From a virus (taxonomy: Duplodnaviria; Caudoviricetes), in the IMG/VR virus record IMGVR_UViG_3300042503_002275, positions 1 to 42,895 of that record: DNA of 42,895 nt; one strand, written 5' to 3'. The translations under genes were made by a program, and so were the position numbers. The notes beneath the pieces were generated by a model, which saw only the letters and a program-made list of their open reading frames with translations, was not told the origin of the DNA and did no database searches. Position 1 is the first letter of the stretch. Every line of letters starts with the position of its first letter. Of this stretch, positions 11,001 to 17,731 are shown in pieces.

Positions 11001-14000
11001 GGTATTGTTCTACAGGCTGGACTTGCTTCGGATGCCAGGGTGTTTAAGTATAAGGAGAGCGCAGCCCTTGCGCTTGCCGATGCCAATCGATCACCAGAGT
11101 TTAACAAACTATTTTCTAAGTGGATGTCCGAAGTCGTCAATCAGACCATTGACGCACTCAATGATGGGGATGATGGATTCCGGCTCATTCAAGATGAAAT
11201 GATCGACATTCAGGAAGTTCTTGAAAAGAATATGAACAATCCAGAGATTCTTGATGAGGTTGTTGGCGACCTCTTTAGGCTAATTGCTTCTGGGTCAGAT
11301 CGCATTGACAGGCCTACTGACCTGGTTATTGGTAAAACCCTGCAACGTGCGTTTAATTCAGATACGGCTAGGTTTGAATCATTTGCTGAAAATTTTGGTG
11401 AATACGTCGCCAGGGCCACGCACCGCGAGATGTCCGTTGACGAGGGATGGGCGACAATCTACGCAATGACTCACGGCTACGATGCGATGCAGGCAGTTGA
11501 CCGACTTGAAATGAAGTTTGGTCAGCCACAGGTATTGTCAGTCTTTAATCAGGCAGCACTTGAGATTGTCGACCCGACCTTGTCTGGCGGCACGCTCAAC
11601 ATGATCCGGAAGTCCTCGACCGCGAGCAAAGCGGAAGTCCTTGGGCGGACCACCTACGTTGACAAGGGCAAGTCACTTGTCCAGTTGTTCAAGGGTAAGG
11701 CGGACCTCTCCACGGTCATCCACGAGATGGCCCACACTTGGTTGAATACTGGGTGGCTTCCGGACAGTACCCTATTTGATATTGCTGATGCACTGGGAAT
11801 TAAGTACGCACGTACTCGTACCGGCGCAAACAAGCTCCGTATTGACGGACGCCTAAACGAAGAGTTCGCTCAGCAGTTTGAGGCCTATGTCACCAAGGGC
11901 GACTGGGCCGGTACTCCACTAGAGGATAGCTTCCGCCTCCTCAGCAATGACATGCAGCGCATCTATGCTGGTGTCGATGGTCAGGTTCCGGATATTAACC
12001 CTGATGTCGCACTGGTATTTGAGAAGATCTTTGAATCTGCTGGGGCAGAGAAGGCCGCTGGCGTTGCCCACGGCCCAAGCACCCTTGCTGCGCTGACCCG
12101 AGCCGAGGCAGACCTAACCGCCACAGGCGACCTTGAACTTGTCGAGCGACTTGCCCAGATGGACATCGATGCCGGTAATATCCCAGGCAACCGTCCTCCG
12201 CACTGGGATGGACGCACCCACGGTCTATCGGCTGACTACCTAGAAACACTTGCCCCAATCCAGCGCAAGCTTGATGCCGAGAATTCCCCGTACACCATCA
12301 CTGGCGCACCTCAGCTGGCAGTCACGCCGACGACCGGCGAGAGCGTCTCGCAGTACGTCTCGTCTGGTGCAAAGTGGCGTGCAACCACCATCGGAAAAGT
12401 TATTGAGAAGACCAAGATTGACCGTCTCTTTAATACCGTCGGCTGGCTCCTCGAGAAGCCAACGGCTATCAACGAAGCCCAGGCAACCCGCCAGTTCCTG
12501 TACCGCGAGCTGATCTCGAAGGGCGCAACGGTAGACATGGTCAACGAATTGATTGCGAAGCTCAACGAGAAGCGTACCCAGTACTACCACTCGTTTGCTG
12601 CCACCTACTCGTTGAAGTCCATGGGCTATGGCGCTATTACCAAGGCAGTCACCGAGGTATTTGAAGGCACCGATGAGGGCCGACAGTTCCTTAAGAATAT
12701 TGGTGGCGAGGCCGGCGTTGTCCGCGCCATCGAGCGCTCGGCGAGCAAGATCTACAAGAAGGTCGACTCTGATACCGTCCGCAATCCAGGATTCCTCACT
12801 CGCGTTCTGGCTACCACCTACCGCACACAGCAGCGGATTCCGTTCCTTCGCGGTGGACTGCGAATGGTGCGATGGGCATACCCAACCCTACGATTCTATC
12901 TCGACCCGCGCTGGCACGCACTAAACGCATTCGAGGCCGACATCATTCTTGGGTCGCAGTTCGGACTCAAGGCTACCAGGTTTGGCGGGGCAAAGGATGC
13001 GCTCCCTGACCTGGCCTTCCTCAAGCATGCTGGCCTCATCGACGAACGCCTCTATGCCATCGACCCACGCAAGGCTATCCGCGACGCGGTAGCCCAGGCA
13101 ACCGGGGCAAAGGACCTCAAGGCGCCAAAGGGCCAGTTCGACGTTGAGACCCTGCTCGGCGAGCATGGCGGTGGTTTCCATGACACCCGAGACCAGCGTG
13201 GTCTTTCTGGCCGATTCACTCGTGCACTGGAGAAGATCCGCGAGAATAACGCCCGCCGGGTTGTCGCGACCGTCGGTATCGACCCCGACGAGGATGTCCT
13301 GCGCGCTACCGGCCGAGCACTCGACGAGCACGGCGAGCTTGATCCGTATATCGTCAACCTCCGCAAGATTGCCGAAGAGCGCCAGAAGCCGCTGACCAAG
13401 GTCCTTGATGAGGAGCTCTACCTGATCGATACCCTTGGGTTTGATGAGGCCATGAACAAGCTCGAGGCCAAGGCCCTGACGTATGAGGAGCGCGAGTTGC
13501 TCCGACCGATGCTACAGCGTCTCTATGACATGAACCAGGAGAGCTATAACAACATGCTCGCCCTGGTACGCGGCAACCCGAACCGCACCAATATCGAGAA
13601 GATTATCAATAACTACTTCCTGTACTGGCCAGCCTCCTACATGATCAAGGCGACCAAGTGGATGATGACGACCCTGATGACGCACAACGGCGAGCTGTCC
13701 GGTGTCAACGTCGTCAGGGCAGAACAGTTCGCCGAGGCCCACTACCGTGCCATTGCTGACAACCCAGACTACCGAGCCATGTACGAGGACAACCCTGCCG
13801 CCTGGCGCCTTGCCACAATGTTCCTCCCTGTCTCCCCAATCCTCTCGGAGATCGGCGCAAGCCTTGGCCGCCCGACCCGCTACCTCGGTGGCGCAATTGG
13901 GGTATTCCCGAAGTACCGCGCATCAGAAGATCCGGGAGTATTCTTCGAATCTGTAACAAGCTATGGTATCGGATATACTTCAGAGATCCTGCAAGAGGTC

Positions 14001-14030
14001 TATGACGAATTAACGGCAGACCAACCATAG
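2013..14030 (+). CDS. Giant (4005 aa) polyvalent / internal virion protein with multiple enzyme-like domains
   Basis: Single 12-kb ORF. Hydrophobic Gly/Ala segment near the N-terminus; WY..VAVDRH..QALGW domain; FRAVHDTFGH domain; two (Y/F)RG..G.YW..YA..G(L/Y)DA ART-like repeats; HEMAH..EEFA zincin motif. Confidence 0.8.
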   Translation: MPFDFDPDGSSSGSGSGSPKPEVYPVTPVVPIYNNQGGSNSSNNTQTSRERGFPERVNLQPLGPAPSIDKAGVLTNLGNFDPSRDIVSSLYTGAGDVLGKPLAIAATALGKQDALDSAIKTIDSIPGAGIITGSYARALGNEPLVTAWKKYGRMQGNALIDAADNPTLGYNLNDMGTDIGRLTTFVMLGALAGGPLGAAIGGGIALAISAIGLAAQGLASLNPFDNEQSYLDDLEAKQNLYNVGVTLNESGVLGQIAKVGAGMIGADFNKPIRTVDDLREQLMLNGFTEEDLQFILDRPDQVGVINLDPRTLLSLDTERREFGQGKYGGGSAMMAGMGGLVNLVGSGSGAAFKAVTTGTKLSTKGGLAMPLVNKLIKTEQRIVGATAAAELRAAGLIPEGTVNVAESIAAIERGAIAELTVQGAAGWMASKSSGMARGVRIYARTAVGSYVGTGLASLLPGEEEGGFIPNDIAGFIDSSWAYNPLRNSELISIGAALDIPTVARGFDWWRKVPSRGLNVSLDESLIVKIADDNIPVDELKGMSRSQKRERVYALFGTKENYDKYINMLMIQVAARGSQKHGLNGLVLPYLDGIKIKAGSSLSLQAAAQEIGELASKRAEVLRRDGKITEAMLLDIATDWNNNAGDFAIISGGVARPGRLQGVHQQWINWQEAYRPLVDHGNAVGTVVLGVRRSAIVKENLAAIEAVIDLSNYEKLSDAGKRTFIANLVVTKMPRLIDTKLELIGEATANFFIRAMMKGSDLPSKEELLGRIRAIKAKAPTYDELFEGEAIREAAGKNNVPGIEAVSAKTTSAAEVITPVDDVLERVGVYGPATTARLETVAPEVNETVDVMSRALVATDLARTVAKVETRFGSTKGGAVAPLIRLTLESAERKTVAAIATIAFASNPKAKVAIVATTGEKMASMGLEANGTRVAFRTAEKLSPLKKATLDRIVERASAAGIDIVSDTRGGNITIYFDSLPEQVIKDKVFKKVINDLRKAFDEMTPEEIVEPANIKRYTSRKELLDEAQELETTGKVDPTIPNGLGWVERLRSEGTPYPAATEGEVARQARGNRPVSVAAAFSDLNKALDDVTDTTKLETAIGNWLDVVTSVPASRIGLIADELGDLGTRLRALAYKNSPLVAEMDVVVNQIVNLPEIAGDIGVASAIASLDLAAQFASTGERAGLVAKRNFVSVEQIEESITIDPAFNQVRQNADEAEAVASLDEVLTDLIAEGVASPEQVATSELLKSKTGQLRQEGQFITTKGGKQVRIPQKAALDYFIRSGMPIGALEAANDTIIPVPPAVAKATVSRQQIVVESNKTLAGKGWMVAKGFAPSGINHVPAETAASFLISKGIKGIPEVVNDIGPRPKSAGAKATRKVQQQVKAAQVAWDKANMANITKKAKVYEKLFEYVYGFKRSAAMEQGKFDPQNIKIKVREISDEDLSQLGLRREGNEIYRVLSVDAPGGTKLELAVGDVSTEAFMRQIEQAFNVKAGQPETYLEAFRHANWYQDFRKAIELFYGKDRLGKAVLYAFIHSQQAEGVVNGFAAVASIYRTMLVGLTDLENASKYLRTSRSFKAKQQYALMIGKKKVSEAIFTALNGQPVAYGPGAKKITDFADSFLGKKARTVLGNSAVDSMPVAVDRHTISNTGFVDMRVAKSAAYGGGVNPELTKPGIIANEFQYEWSVEKVNQWTRDLNAQGWLGRTDWTAAEIQALGWYHFKKVIGDFSGTVADAIEGSSASLLIDLVPSKNSPTLQKLMPDLSGLSDDQIRVGAISWVNSDAVTRLAQENGVAIAARTVAGEEFAQRPTVIGISKAGSTPTITVDVVGAPEAITSFMRDLAVAAEQDFAIAWASLPRGVRSVEDATKKGLYNVRPTVDIPLPPGVSVDSAIESIRKVLSSDEEIREIYAAKGMDRFQIDDLLSGNNRRMAFAVVPDTINGEGHVRIIDTNFNLQAKTNYDIAYENYSVHDHLQPIASISNKIADKLGLPRPVHRSYQTPDYPFHRRLAERYYEAPETKNYETGRVIEGNLGPATDYNWTVRTDTNLEPEFAAAAQEFLNELREQYDALYRAGYRFEAHAVDPYNVGSDFVGSPGVPVQLMGSGDIQAGNKGVLAQTDLRDNKHLFVFGSYPSNPAFSDEINVLFRAVHDTFGHLTDGYSFGPQGELNALIKHMQMFKSKGARKVALVELGGQNAMTNFGYAERLADGSYVTVKNADDFNRAKAAGTLVRGEEIPSIPARPFATQKSFLIEDEFLSDFERLYLPTEAALTVDELELIAMKSRDALSNLTDGAMIRPHSTSLVATTGVSNDWAKFPDAREYKRADVFAESGVRRLVASSGKESAAEFAPRISAVQDEFFAARKAETESRYAAGMEGPVGEARRALVAAFTEAAPEETAIHRAAADEAEGFASFSQTRDIQRTETRRAQAKAAVQQETEYGRPSFDDYLRNSDETGGMPVYSDVLFTRPDTVEDLLGYMDSAFPNSTGNPITEAEFSARVADGELVLYRGVTRKGGYELEGGIKGASRRIAESLIDQPNTDAGMGRSGLYGAAPRGYWATDYFTTPIRGTAEEVATRYAQTEGDLKIKPADVREGVMIKATLSKDANVAILDVSDSLGSARTEIGQITINGVVVNSGAPRIARTGEIPTPEQLATLPPTEIARKPILLGDVMPDVFPAVGKRTIDIVTGEEVDSRGIGYRPFNYDMITAFAIREGLDAVIIRGGERAADAAGDPRMGDQLLLFNADVVNVVDPRLEGKQFNKIRPGAEDLPAVARPSTGPKFVMGDDIEVRAPMKDVEDTWPILDKILDDLTKDMDIAEPIALANIIDEVYYLHKGKLPRRVAPEDFNPDRYGSVVFRGLGSGGVSTTYTSKEMARFAGLDAINGKPKMFFGNVGYGNYWALSDPQADQALGPLLRKEQVPPVKTAETYAGRFPEQAGQITEEQAKLYDLYKSGKMNIDTFNEQSEVLARSTGELGTVTPFKPSGVIDYASPVTEEAKGIVLQAGLASDARVFKYKESAALALADANRSPEFNKLFSKWMSEVVNQTIDALNDGDDGFRLIQDEMIDIQEVLEKNMNNPEILDEVVGDLFRLIASGSDRIDRPTDLVIGKTLQRAFNSDTARFESFAENFGEYVARATHREMSVDEGWATIYAMTHGYDAMQAVDRLEMKFGQPQVLSVFNQAALEIVDPTLSGGTLNMIRKSSTASKAEVLGRTTYVDKGKSLVQLFKGKADLSTVIHEMAHTWLNTGWLPDSTLFDIADALGIKYARTRTGANKLRIDGRLNEEFAQQFEAYVTKGDWAGTPLEDSFRLLSNDMQRIYAGVDGQVPDINPDVALVFEKIFESAGAEKAAGVAHGPSTLAALTRAEADLTATGDLELVERLAQMDIDAGNIPGNRPPHWDGRTHGLSADYLETLAPIQRKLDAENSPYTITGAPQLAVTPTTGESVSQYVSSGAKWRATTIGKVIEKTKIDRLFNTVGWLLEKPTAINEAQATRQFLYRELISKGATVDMVNELIAKLNEKRTQYYHSFAATYSLKSMGYGAITKAVTEVFEGTDEGRQFLKNIGGEAGVVRAIERSASKIYKKVDSDTVRNPGFLTRVLATTYRTQQRIPFLRGGLRMVRWAYPTLRFYLDPRWHALNAFEADIILGSQFGLKATRFGGAKDALPDLAFLKHAGLIDERLYAIDPRKAIRDAVAQATGAKDLKAPKGQFDVETLLGEHGGGFHDTRDQRGLSGRFTRALEKIRENNARRVVATVGIDPDEDVLRATGRALDEHGELDPYIVNLRKIAEERQKPLTKVLDEELYLIDTLGFDEAMNKLEAKALTYEERELLRPMLQRLYDMNQESYNNMLALVRGNPNRTNIEKIINNYFLYWPASYMIKATKWMMTTLMTHNGELSGVNVVRAEQFAEAHYRAIADNPDYRAMYEDNPAAWRLATMFLPVSPILSEIGASLGRPTRYLGGAIGVFPKYRASEDPGVFFESVTSYGIGYTSEILQEVYDELTADQP

Positions 14031-14055
14031 CAGGATTAGGGAAGGGGTATACCGT

Positions 14056-14604
14056 ATGACTAAGGAACTCGCCGGTCAGGTCGCGCAGGGCGCCAGTGCA
14101 GAAGCACCCGCTCAGGTAAACACCGACATCGAGTCCGTTCGACGAGACTTTGAGGAGCGCTTTAAGGGGCTCCAACGAGTAATCGCCGAGAAGGATCAGG
14201 CCTTGGAGGCCCGCAATCAGGAGCTCTTTCAGCTAAAGACCGCTTCACTCTCTCCGGACGAGCGGGCACAGCTGGAAGTGACACGGATTAAGGAAGAGAA
14301 TGATCGACTCGCCAAGGAGCTTGAGCTTGTAAAGCTTGGGCAGGCCTATGGTGAAGAGCTCCCAATCTTCCAGCAGCTATTGAATGCTGAGTCCGCAGAA
14401 GACCAGTTGAAGGTGCTACGGGCTCTCCGTGGTGTTCAGGCTGGCAATAGTCAACCCACCGCCCCAGGGCCGGATGTTGATGTCCCGGATATTAACCAAA
14501 CCAATCCGATGCGCTCCGACGTTGGCGGCAACGCTAACGGGATGAGCGGGGATATCGCAGAACGAATCCTCAGTTCATTCAAGGGAGCTCTTCGACCAAA
14601 GTAA
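14056..14604 (+). CDS. Putative capsid scaffolding protein
   Basis: 182-aa charged coiled-coil protein immediately upstream of the major capsid gene. Confidence 0.65.
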   Translation: MTKELAGQVAQGASAEAPAQVNTDIESVRRDFEERFKGLQRVIAEKDQALEARNQELFQLKTASLSPDERAQLEVTRIKEENDRLAKELELVKLGQAYGEELPIFQQLLNAESAEDQLKVLRALRGVQAGNSQPTAPGPDVDVPDINQTNPMRSDVGGNANGMSGDIAERILSSFKGALRPK

Positions 14605-14618
14605 GGAAACAATAAGAA

Positions 14619-15578
14619 ATGCCAGATACACAGCTTGCAGCGAGCGCGCTATCGAGCGCGATTACGTTCAAGGTTCAGCAGAAGATTCTTGAGAATCTGC
14701 GAAACGTCCTCCTCTGGGACAACGATGCCTACGCTGAGCGTGGCACCTTCCTCCCAGGGTTTGACACCCTTCGCTTCGTGTCGGTCCCTGACCTCTCGGT
14801 CTCGGCCGCTTCGAGCTTCACCTTCACGGAAGGCAGCCGCCCGGACAAGAAGGCCCTGACCATCTCGACCGTTGACGTCACGACCACGCAGTACGGTAGC
14901 CTCATGGCTATTACCGACATTGCGAAGGTCAAGTCGCCACTCGAGATTGTCTCGATTGCCTCCGAGCGCCTCTCCCGCGAAGCCGGCGAAGTGCTCGATA
15001 TCCTCAACCGCGACGTGATCGCGGCTGGTGGTACGGCCTTCTACGCGACGGAGTCCAACGGGGATGCCAACGCAGCCCGCAACGACATCTCGTCGACGGC
15101 AAAGCTCAAGATGAACGACCTGCGCCTCCTCCGCGCCAAGATGACCAAGGCGAACATCCCAACCTTCGGGGACGGGTTCTATCGCTTGCACATCAGCGCT
15201 GAGCAGGGCTATGACCTCCGCAACGACACGACCTCAGGGTCGAACTTCGTTGAGGTCAACAAGTACGCCACCCCGGAGACGATCCTCCGTGGCGAGCTTG
15301 GCCGCCTTGAGGGCTTCCGCATTATGGAGACCAACCGCCTGAAGACCGCTACGAACAGCGGCTCGGTAACGGTCCACCTCGGTATCGCCCTCGGCGATGT
15401 CAAGGGCTGGGGCTGCGGCGACCTCCAGACGCTCCAGACGTACCACGTTGCTCCTGGTGGGGACCACACGGACCCACTCGGCACCGAGGAACTGATGGGC
15501 TGGAAGGTCAACTACGGTTGCGCCGTCCTCTCAAACAGCTACTACTTCCGCGTGGAGTCAGCTGCCTCGGCAGTCTAA
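14619..15578 (+). CDS. Major capsid protein (N4-gp56-like, HK97 fold)
   Basis: Motifs EG..P, QYG, GELGRLEGFR.MET, DPL....GWK typical of this family; strongly C-ending codons; AAGGA RBS. Confidence 0.9.
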   Translation: MPDTQLAASALSSAITFKVQQKILENLRNVLLWDNDAYAERGTFLPGFDTLRFVSVPDLSVSAASSFTFTEGSRPDKKALTISTVDVTTTQYGSLMAITDIAKVKSPLEIVSIASERLSREAGEVLDILNRDVIAAGGTAFYATESNGDANAARNDISSTAKLKMNDLRLLRAKMTKANIPTFGDGFYRLHISAEQGYDLRNDTTSGSNFVEVNKYATPETILRGELGRLEGFRIMETNRLKTATNSGSVTVHLGIALGDVKGWGCGDLQTLQTYHVAPGGDHTDPLGTEELMGWKVNYGCAVLSNSYYFRVESAASAV

Positions 15579-15601
15579 TCTCCTAGCCTAGTAGGCAAAC
15601 C

Positions 15602-15634
15602 GGGGGCCGGGTAGGGTTAGCCCTCCTGGCCCCC
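15602..15634 (+). terminator. GC-rich hairpin after capsid gene (attenuator or mRNA stabiliser)
   Basis: GGGGCCGGG-tAGGGTtaGCCCT-CCTGGCCCC stem; no U-tract. Confidence 0.5.
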
Positions 15635-15652
15635 AAGATTAAGGGGTATAAC

Positions 15653-16123
15653 ATGGCTATTACACGTAAGGGGAGCGACCGAGCAGCGGTAACTCCTTTC
15701 GTTACGCTTGCGACGGCCGATGACCTTAATGGCACGGTGGATAACACCCAGGCCTTTAATGTCACCGGATACGAGCGAGTTATTATCGTACAGGAAAATG
15801 ATGGAACTGCGGGCACAGCCGGTGTCGATGTTGTGGAATACAGCAAGGATGGCGGTGTGACCTGGGCTACGGCTACGGACGTTCTGGCCCTGGCTTCTGA
15901 TGACGCTGAGGGGACCTTCATCTCCACTGGCGCCCTGAACGCTGCTGGCGTTGAACCAACCCGATTTGCAGTATTCAAGTGCGGACCATTCAGCGGGCCA
16001 ACGGCAATTCGTATCGCCCGTGGCGGTACTGGCGCTGGCGGAACTGCTTGGGTTACCGGTGCTCCATCTGTCAAAGCGTTCGCTTTCGGCGGCCGCGTGG
16101 CTGCTCCATCGGCGCTAGCGTAA
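15653..16123 (+). CDS. Virion protein, possibly capsid decoration
   Basis: 156-aa Ala/Gly/Thr-rich, beta-type sequence directly after the capsid gene. Confidence 0.5.
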   Translation: MAITRKGSDRAAVTPFVTLATADDLNGTVDNTQAFNVTGYERVIIVQENDGTAGTAGVDVVEYSKDGGVTWATATDVLALASDDAEGTFISTGALNAAGVEPTRFAVFKCGPFSGPTAIRIARGGTGAGGTAWVTGAPSVKAFAFGGRVAAPSALA

Positions 16124-16139
16124 GTAAGGGAAGGGTAGC

Positions 16140-16787
16140 ATGCCAAACGATCTTGCAACATTGAAGACGTCGCTTAAAACCGCGCTATCCGACCCTACGT
16201 ATGTCACCTGGACAGAGGCCGAGCTTACTGAGATTCTTACTCAGAACGTAGCTCGCCTCTGGCCACGGTTCTCCTATCAGCCAGACCCTACCACCGCAAC
16301 AGTCACCCTCGTTCCTGGGACAGAGTACTACAGCGTCCCGGCAAACATTCGTACCATCTCGCGCATTGAGCGCTATGACGGCGATACCGAGTACGGTACC
16401 ATTGACGGATCTGTCTGGGCGTTGACCGGATCTCCAGAGCTTGGGACTGTCAAGCTGCATATCTCCCCACTTATTGCAGAGGCCGGCGGAACCCTTCGCC
16501 TTGTCGGTAACGCAGCCTGGCCACTGACCGGCGTGACCATTGGCGCAACCACCACCTACATTCCTGACGAGCTGGCCAACATCGTACTGGCCTTCTCTCG
16601 TGTCGAAGCATACCGACGTGTTGTCGGTGAGCGCGGCCGGTTCAGCGCATGGCTTGCTCGCAACCAGTCACAGAACGTCTCGGTCAACGAGCTGCTCTCC
16701 ATGGTCAACGAATCAGAGTCTGCCGCCCGACGGCTGCTTGGCGAGCGACGCTCGTGGCAGGCACCTGTACCGGGGCGCCAGGGATGA
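16140..16787 (+). CDS. Putative head-tail adaptor protein
   Basis: N-terminal helix with W...EL, TVTLV.GT..Y..P core and IPDEL motif resemble podovirus-type adaptors; position fits. Confidence 0.55.
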   Translation: MPNDLATLKTSLKTALSDPTYVTWTEAELTEILTQNVARLWPRFSYQPDPTTATVTLVPGTEYYSVPANIRTISRIERYDGDTEYGTIDGSVWALTGSPELGTVKLHISPLIAEAGGTLRLVGNAAWPLTGVTIGATTTYIPDELANIVLAFSRVEAYRRVVGERGRFSAWLARNQSQNVSVNELLSMVNESESAARRLLGERRSWQAPVPGRQG

Positions 16788-17731
16788 TTGGAGTATTCGG
16801 ACAGCCACAGGGATCTGACCCGGCTCTCCGGCTTCCTATTACCTACGGTAGCATCACCCTCAACTCTGACCTGCGTGCGGCAGAGGGAGACCCGATTGAT
16901 ATCTATGAGATTAACTCAGTCCAGGTAAACTCCGCCTATGACTACGTCTCGGAAGTCCGACCATCAAAGGACGGCAGCGAGGCCTATGGGGCAAAGAAGG
17001 TCAACCTCAATATCCGGATCGACGGCATTATCCGCTGTGAGAATATGGAGACCCTGAACGACCGAATCAAGAACCTGGTGGCCGCCTTTGACCCCGCCCT
17101 GGTCAGCCTAAAAAATCCCACCACGTACACCCAGAACCTGGAATTTTATACCCCATCAGCGTCCGGCACAGCTACCAGTTTCACGGTATTTGGGACCAGT
17201 AAGTCAGCCGGAAACCTGGTCCGGTCATTCTACAAGGTACGACCAAAGAGCATCCCTGCCATTACCTATAGCCAGTTCAACGGCACGTCTGTCCCGTTCA
17301 GCCTGGAGCTGCTCGCGGTAGACCCACGCCGATATGCCTATACTGGTACAACCAAGACCGCCAGCGGATCAATCACCACGGCCGACCTGGGCGGAGCGAC
17401 CTTTGGCTCCTGGCCTGTACTTACCGTCACGATGAGTGGCGCCGGAAACAACCATGGCGCAGGGCTACAGGACTTCAGCATTACCAGCAGCGTTACCGGC
17501 TCCAGTGTAACGCGGACGCTGACTGTCAATATGCACAGCTCGGTCAACAATGACGTCTACGTTATTGACATGGAGAAGGGATCTATTAAGAAGAACGGGA
17601 CTGAGTCTCGATCACTCTATCATGCTGGCGAGTTCTGGGATATCCCGGCCTTTGCTGGCCAGACCTGGACCTATGACACGACAGGTGTTGCATCCGTGTC
17701 ACTCACATGGAAACCGGCGTTCAGTGTATGA
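16784..17731 (+). CDS. Distal-tail (Dit)-like tail protein
   Basis: Start re-called to the ATG overlapping the previous stop (ATGA). Motifs F.LELLAVDP..Y, WPVLTVT, YVIDME.G and a terminal W.PAF are typical of siphovirus Dit proteins. Confidence 0.6.
   Translation: MIGVFGQPQGSDPALRLPITYGSITLNSDLRAAEGDPIDIYEINSVQVNSAYDYVSEVRPSKDGSEAYGAKKVNLNIRIDGIIRCENMETLNDRIKNLVAAFDPALVSLKNPTTYTQNLEFYTPSASGTATSFTVFGTSKSAGNLVRSFYKVRPKSIPAITYSQFNGTSVPFSLELLAVDPRRYAYTGTTKTASGSITTADLGGATFGSWPVLTVTMSGAGNNHGAGLQDFSITSSVTGSSVTRTLTVNMHSSVNNDVYVIDMEKGSIKKNGTESRSLYHAGEFWDIPAFAGQTWTYDTTGVASVSLTWKPAFSV

Noticed and set aside
2282-13742. Many antisense and alternate-frame ORFs within the giant gene
   Set aside because: Shadow ORFs expected from GC-rich codon bias; no RBS or protein-like motifs.
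2013-14030. Giant ORF as virion RNA polymerase or tape measure protein
   Set aside because: I found no DxDGD/DFDGD or T7-type polymerase motifs and no tape-measure periodicity; it has discrete globular motif blocks instead.
16649-16783. Longer 5' starts from the ORF track (also 17707, 24544, 24777, 28669, 33423)
   Set aside because: Downstream starts have an RBS or stop-start coupling; the extensions overlap neighbouring genes or promoters.
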